Virus record (IMG/VR): IMGVR_UViG_3300025154_000069
Coordinates: 15,080-79,079 of that record
DNA length: 64,000 bases
From: a virus
Strand: one strand, 5' to 3'
Part shown: piece by piece, positions 63,575 through 64,000 of the stretch
Position numbering within the stretch: position 1 is the first letter of the stretch
Layout of the letters: each line of letters starts with the position of its first letter
Translations under genes and position numbers: made by a program
Notes under the pieces: generated by a model
Database searches by the model: none
What the model was told of the DNA's origin: nothing
Seen by the model: only the letters and a program-made list of their open reading frames with translations

Positions 63575-64000
63575 GTGTTTATGCACCTTTGCACCCTCTT
63601 TAATGAATAATTAACTTACTGAGATTTTAATATTTTCATCCTATTAAACCGGATACTAAAAATATTTATCCCTTCATCAATTAACCCGGGATTTTTTGAC
63701 CGGATGAAGGCAAGGATAAAAAAGCATTTTAAACCCCTTTTAAAGCATTTTTATAATTTTACACCCTATTACATACCGGATTCAAAATAAATCCATATAA
63801 ACGAAAATAAACACTATTAAGACTTATTTAAATCGAATAACTAAAACCGATATTTTAAACCTTAATAATTCTTAATAATTCTTATTTTTTGCATCCGGAA
63901 CGCAAATTTTTAAACTTTTTTAAAAAATTTTTTCTATTTATATTACTTTCATTATTATAACATTACATTAAAAAATATAACCCTTATTAAGCCTTAATAA

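Noticed and set aside
1-64000. Genome-wide TAG or TGA reassignment as in some Bacteroidota phages
   Set aside because: Conserved genes are full length in the standard code, and TAG/TGA stops coincide with the starts of downstream genes.
1-64000. Prophage boundary or host genes (dnaN, recA, polA, folE)
   Set aside because: All are divergent, co-oriented, share the phage's motif avoidance where checked and sit among phage genes; no integrase or att site seen.

Overview
The window is a contiguous 64 kb segment of a large AT-rich tailed dsDNA phage with a contractile tail. Essentially all genes lie on the + strand. Gene order is: head (scaffold end, N4-gp56-type major capsid, neck; 1-4 kb); tail sheath, tube, frameshifted chaperone, tape measure and baseplate (4-17.6 kb); receptor-binding and membrane proteins (17.6-25.6 kb); replication/recombination (SF2 helicase, DnaC-like, DnaB, primase, SSB, RNase H, family A polymerase, RecA, resolvases, Cas4-like nuclease, MoxR/VWA; 25.6-46 kb); a 7-deazaguanine DNA-modification locus (intein-split DpdA-like fusion, queC, queF-like, queD, queE, plus a distant folE); accessory genes (spanin-like pair, Top6A-like, DnaA domain IV, HD hydrolase, beta clamp); and long non-coding tracts with a JAB/RadC gene at the end. 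Repeated TAnnTTTG promoter boxes and A-rich starts without Shine-Dalgarno sequences point to a Bacteroidota host. Signals the ORF track misses or does not explain include a -1 frameshift at 7713, three basic mini-proteins sharing a conserved N-terminal tag, a stand-alone 39-aa peptide gene between a retropepsin and the dpdA-like gene, a promoter/terminator-bounded sRNA antisense to a translation-start-like sequence, two multi-branched structured elements, and strong CCWGG and CTAG avoidance. All calls are by-eye motif recognition; no database search or computation was run.
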